A stretch of 30,229 nt of DNA from Deltaproteobacteria bacterium. GTDB lineage: Bacteria; Myxococcota_A; UBA9160; SMWR01. Position numbers and translations under genes: made by a program. Location: positions 1 to 30,229 of the forward strand of contig JAQBHB010000067.1 of the NCBI GenBank assembly GCA_032128115.1, read 5' to 3'. Under the pieces are notes generated by a model. The model was given only the letters and a program-made list of their open reading frames with translations, had not been told where the DNA came from and made no database searches. This document shows, piece by piece, positions 28,522 to 30,229 of the stretch (its first letter is position 1; every line of letters begins with the position of its first letter).

Positions 28522-28568
28522 CGTCGGGCCGGGTTCTCGGCTATCTCGACGCCGCGCACAAGCTCGAG

Positions 28569-28645
28569 GGGGCGGTAGTTCAGCTGGTTAGAATGCCGGC
28601 CTGTCACGCCGGAGGTCGCGGGTTCGAGTCCCGTCCGCCCCGCCA
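28569..28645 (+). tRNA. tRNA-Asp(GTC)
   Basis: GGGGCGG/CCGCCCC-G-CCA, anticodon arm CCGGC-CTGTCAC-GCCGG. Confidence 0.97.
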
Positions 28646-28849
28646 TTTGTGCCTGTAAAGTCAATAACTTAGAAGCACCCAAAGGGCCCGGGACACACAC
28701 GGGCACACGAACCGACTTCGAGCGAGTGATCGCTGAACTGGTTCGTGTGTACACCGTTGGAGCCTGCGTGTTTCTCAGAGCTCGAGGTCGAGTGCCGAGC
28801 GGGTCCGGCCCGCCTCGGGAGCGCTGACGAGGAGGGATCGCACTCGAGG

Positions 28850-29242
28850 CTAGGAAGGCCAGGCCGGTAGCTCGAGCCCCACTTCCGCTCCCGGCGAGCT
28901 ATGTGCCAGCTCCAGATCGGTCCGGGCCAGCCAGTCAAAGAAATCGGCGATCTCGGTAGTCCGAAGCCGCAAGGGTGCGCGCATCGCGAACCGCGCCAAG
29001 GTCTGCAGAGCAGCGTCTTCCAATCCTATGGCGACGAACGCGAAAGCCCCGGATCGCTCACCTCGTTCAACATCGTCCGCAATCGAGTGGGCGCTTCGCA
29101 GCCCGCCGCCACTGCTCAAGAAGAACACAGCCGCCTTGCACTGCGCGTTGCCGCGTCTCTGAGCGCCCTCAAACCACGTCTCGATCACCGCCTGCCCACG
29201 GCGCCGCCCGAAAGGGCTTGTCCGCGCCCCCATCGTGGGCAC
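28850..29242 (-). pseudogene. C-terminal fragment of a TerY/YegL-like VWA protein
   Basis: FAFVAIGLEDAALQTLARFAMRAPLRL...DFFDWL...SSPGAEVGLELPAW resembles the YegL/TerY C-terminus as I recall it. The N-terminal MIDAS half is absent. Confidence 0.5.
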
Positions 29243-29280
29243 CGCCGGCCCATGCAGGAGGGGGATGTCCCAGAACCTGT

Positions 29281-29421
29281 TGATCTAAAAAATTGAGAGC
29301 GGTGTCCGCAGTCGTGGAAGATGATGAACACCCGGACCAGGAGCGTGCCGGCCAGGGCCGCGAGGGCCAGCGTGAGCCACCAGGAGGCGGCCAGGCTGTG
29401 AACCATGAGAATCCAGAGGAG
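29281..29421 (-). pseudogene. Fatty acid desaturase fragment (first His box only)
   Basis: LLWILMVHSLAASWWLTLALAALAGTLLVRVFIIFHDCGH..FFRS, typical of Des-type acyl-lipid desaturases. No second or third His box. Confidence 0.75.
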
Positions 29422-29558
29422 CACAGTCGCCCGTCTGACGCGGACCATGACGGGCAAGACGCCTGGCAGACGACGCTGGAGGACCCGCTTCCGTACGGCC
29501 GCCTCCGCCAACTGCGACCCGCCATATGGGAGGCGCTCCTCGGCTACCCTGTAGCGAC

Positions 29559-30229
29559 GTGAGCGCTTCCCCCGACCCGAGCAGCCCCAGGCCTACTCCC
29601 CCGAAGGGCGATTCTTCCGACGAGGCCGTGCGGCCGGACGGCCCGAAGCGGGAAGCGTCACCCGGTACCCGGCTGCGCAGCCGCCTCGTGTCGCGGGGCT
29701 GGAACCCCTGGTACGTGATGCTGGGCGTCTGGATGCTCTTCCTGGTGGGGCAGTTCTGGTACGAAAGTACCCAGGTGGCGGCCATCCCGTACAGCACCTT
29801 CCTCGAGTACCAGCAGGCAGGGCGCGTGAGCGATCTCGTGGTCGGCAGCGACCAGATCACGGGCAGGATCGTCGAGCCCGAGCAGGGTCAGCCCGAGCGC
29901 TTTCGCAGCGTGCGCGTCGACCCCGAGCTGGCCGATCGGCTCGCGAAAGACGGTCTCGAATTCAGCGGCGCCGTGGAGAACACGTGGCTCAGTCGGGCGC
30001 TTGCGTGGGTCCTGCCCATCGCGTTCATCCTCGCCCTCTGGATGTTCCTGCAGCGGCGCCTCGGCCAGGCTGGAGGGCTCGGCGGCGGCCTCATGTCCGT
30101 GGGCAAGAGCAAGGCCAAGATCTACGCCGAAGAGGACGTCAAGGTCAGCTTCGAAGACGTGGCCGGCGTCGACGAAGCGAAGGAGGAGCTGAAGGAGATC
30201 ATCGGCTTCCTGCGCGAGCCGGAGCGCTA
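29559..30229 (+). CDS. ftsH: ATP-dependent zinc metalloprotease FtsH (5' part, runs off the window)
   Basis: Translated by hand from GTG 29559: TM1, IPYSTF, TM2, GLMSVGKSKAKIY, VSFEDVAGVDEAKEELKEII. Confidence 0.95.
   Translation, partial: MSASPDPSSPRPTPPKGDSSDEAVRPDGPKREASPGTRLRSRLVSRGWNPWYVMLGVWMLFLVGQFWYESTQVAAIPYSTFLEYQQAGRVSDLVVGSDQITGRIVEPEQGQPERFRSVRVDPELADRLAKDGLEFSGAVENTWLSRALAWVLPIAFILALWMFLQRRLGQAGGLGGGLMSVGKSKAKIYAEEDVKVSFEDVAGVDEAKEELKEIIGFLREPER

Larger units (their letters stand above)
28646..29525. mobile_element. Probable decayed integrative-element remnant at the tRNA-Asp 3' end
   Basis: IHF-like AGTCAATAACTTA (28659-28671), arm-like repeats, visibly higher A/T and gene fragments only. 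No integrase. Confidence 0.4.

Noticed and set aside
28657..28666. AAAGTCAATA shared with the inverted-repeat arm at 62-71
   Set aside because: The match is only 10 bp, the flanks differ, and an IHF-like site explains it better.
28901..29562. Plus-strand ORFs 28901..29296, 28975..29283 and 29293..29562
   Set aside because: They have no motifs and are antisense to the recognisable TerY-like and desaturase fragments.

Overview
A GC-rich bacterial chromosome segment. Gene order and protein style suggest Myxococcota or a deltaproteobacterium, which is an inference. The core genes are amidase-rph-rdgB, then tRNA-Lys, tRNA-Leu, tig-clpP-clpX-lon, tRNA-Val, tRNA-Asp and a partial ftsH. A block of about 15.5 kb interrupts them. 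It holds two divergent ECF sigma factors (one with an NrsF-type anti-sigma), csoR-copA, a histidine phosphatase, cstA, an acyl-CoA ligase, an AbgT-family transporter, murJ and a fused 5-oxoprolinase/hydantoinase. At the left end is a LarA-family racemase overlapping a secreted pseudo-protease/VWA fusion gene, plus a REPIN-like inverted repeat. After tRNA-Asp there is decayed island debris: an IHF-like site, a TerY-like fragment and a desaturase fragment. Four signals stand out. (1) Two matching back-to-back ECF promoters (GTAACC-N16-CGTA) imply a sigma cascade. (2) A 3x23-bp repeat builds a chain of translationally coupled mini-ORFs between sigma and anti-sigma. (3) Tandem duplications recur exactly at gene ends. 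(4) Several genes look leaderless. No CRISPR array, integrase or transposase was seen. All homology calls come from motif recognition, not database searches.
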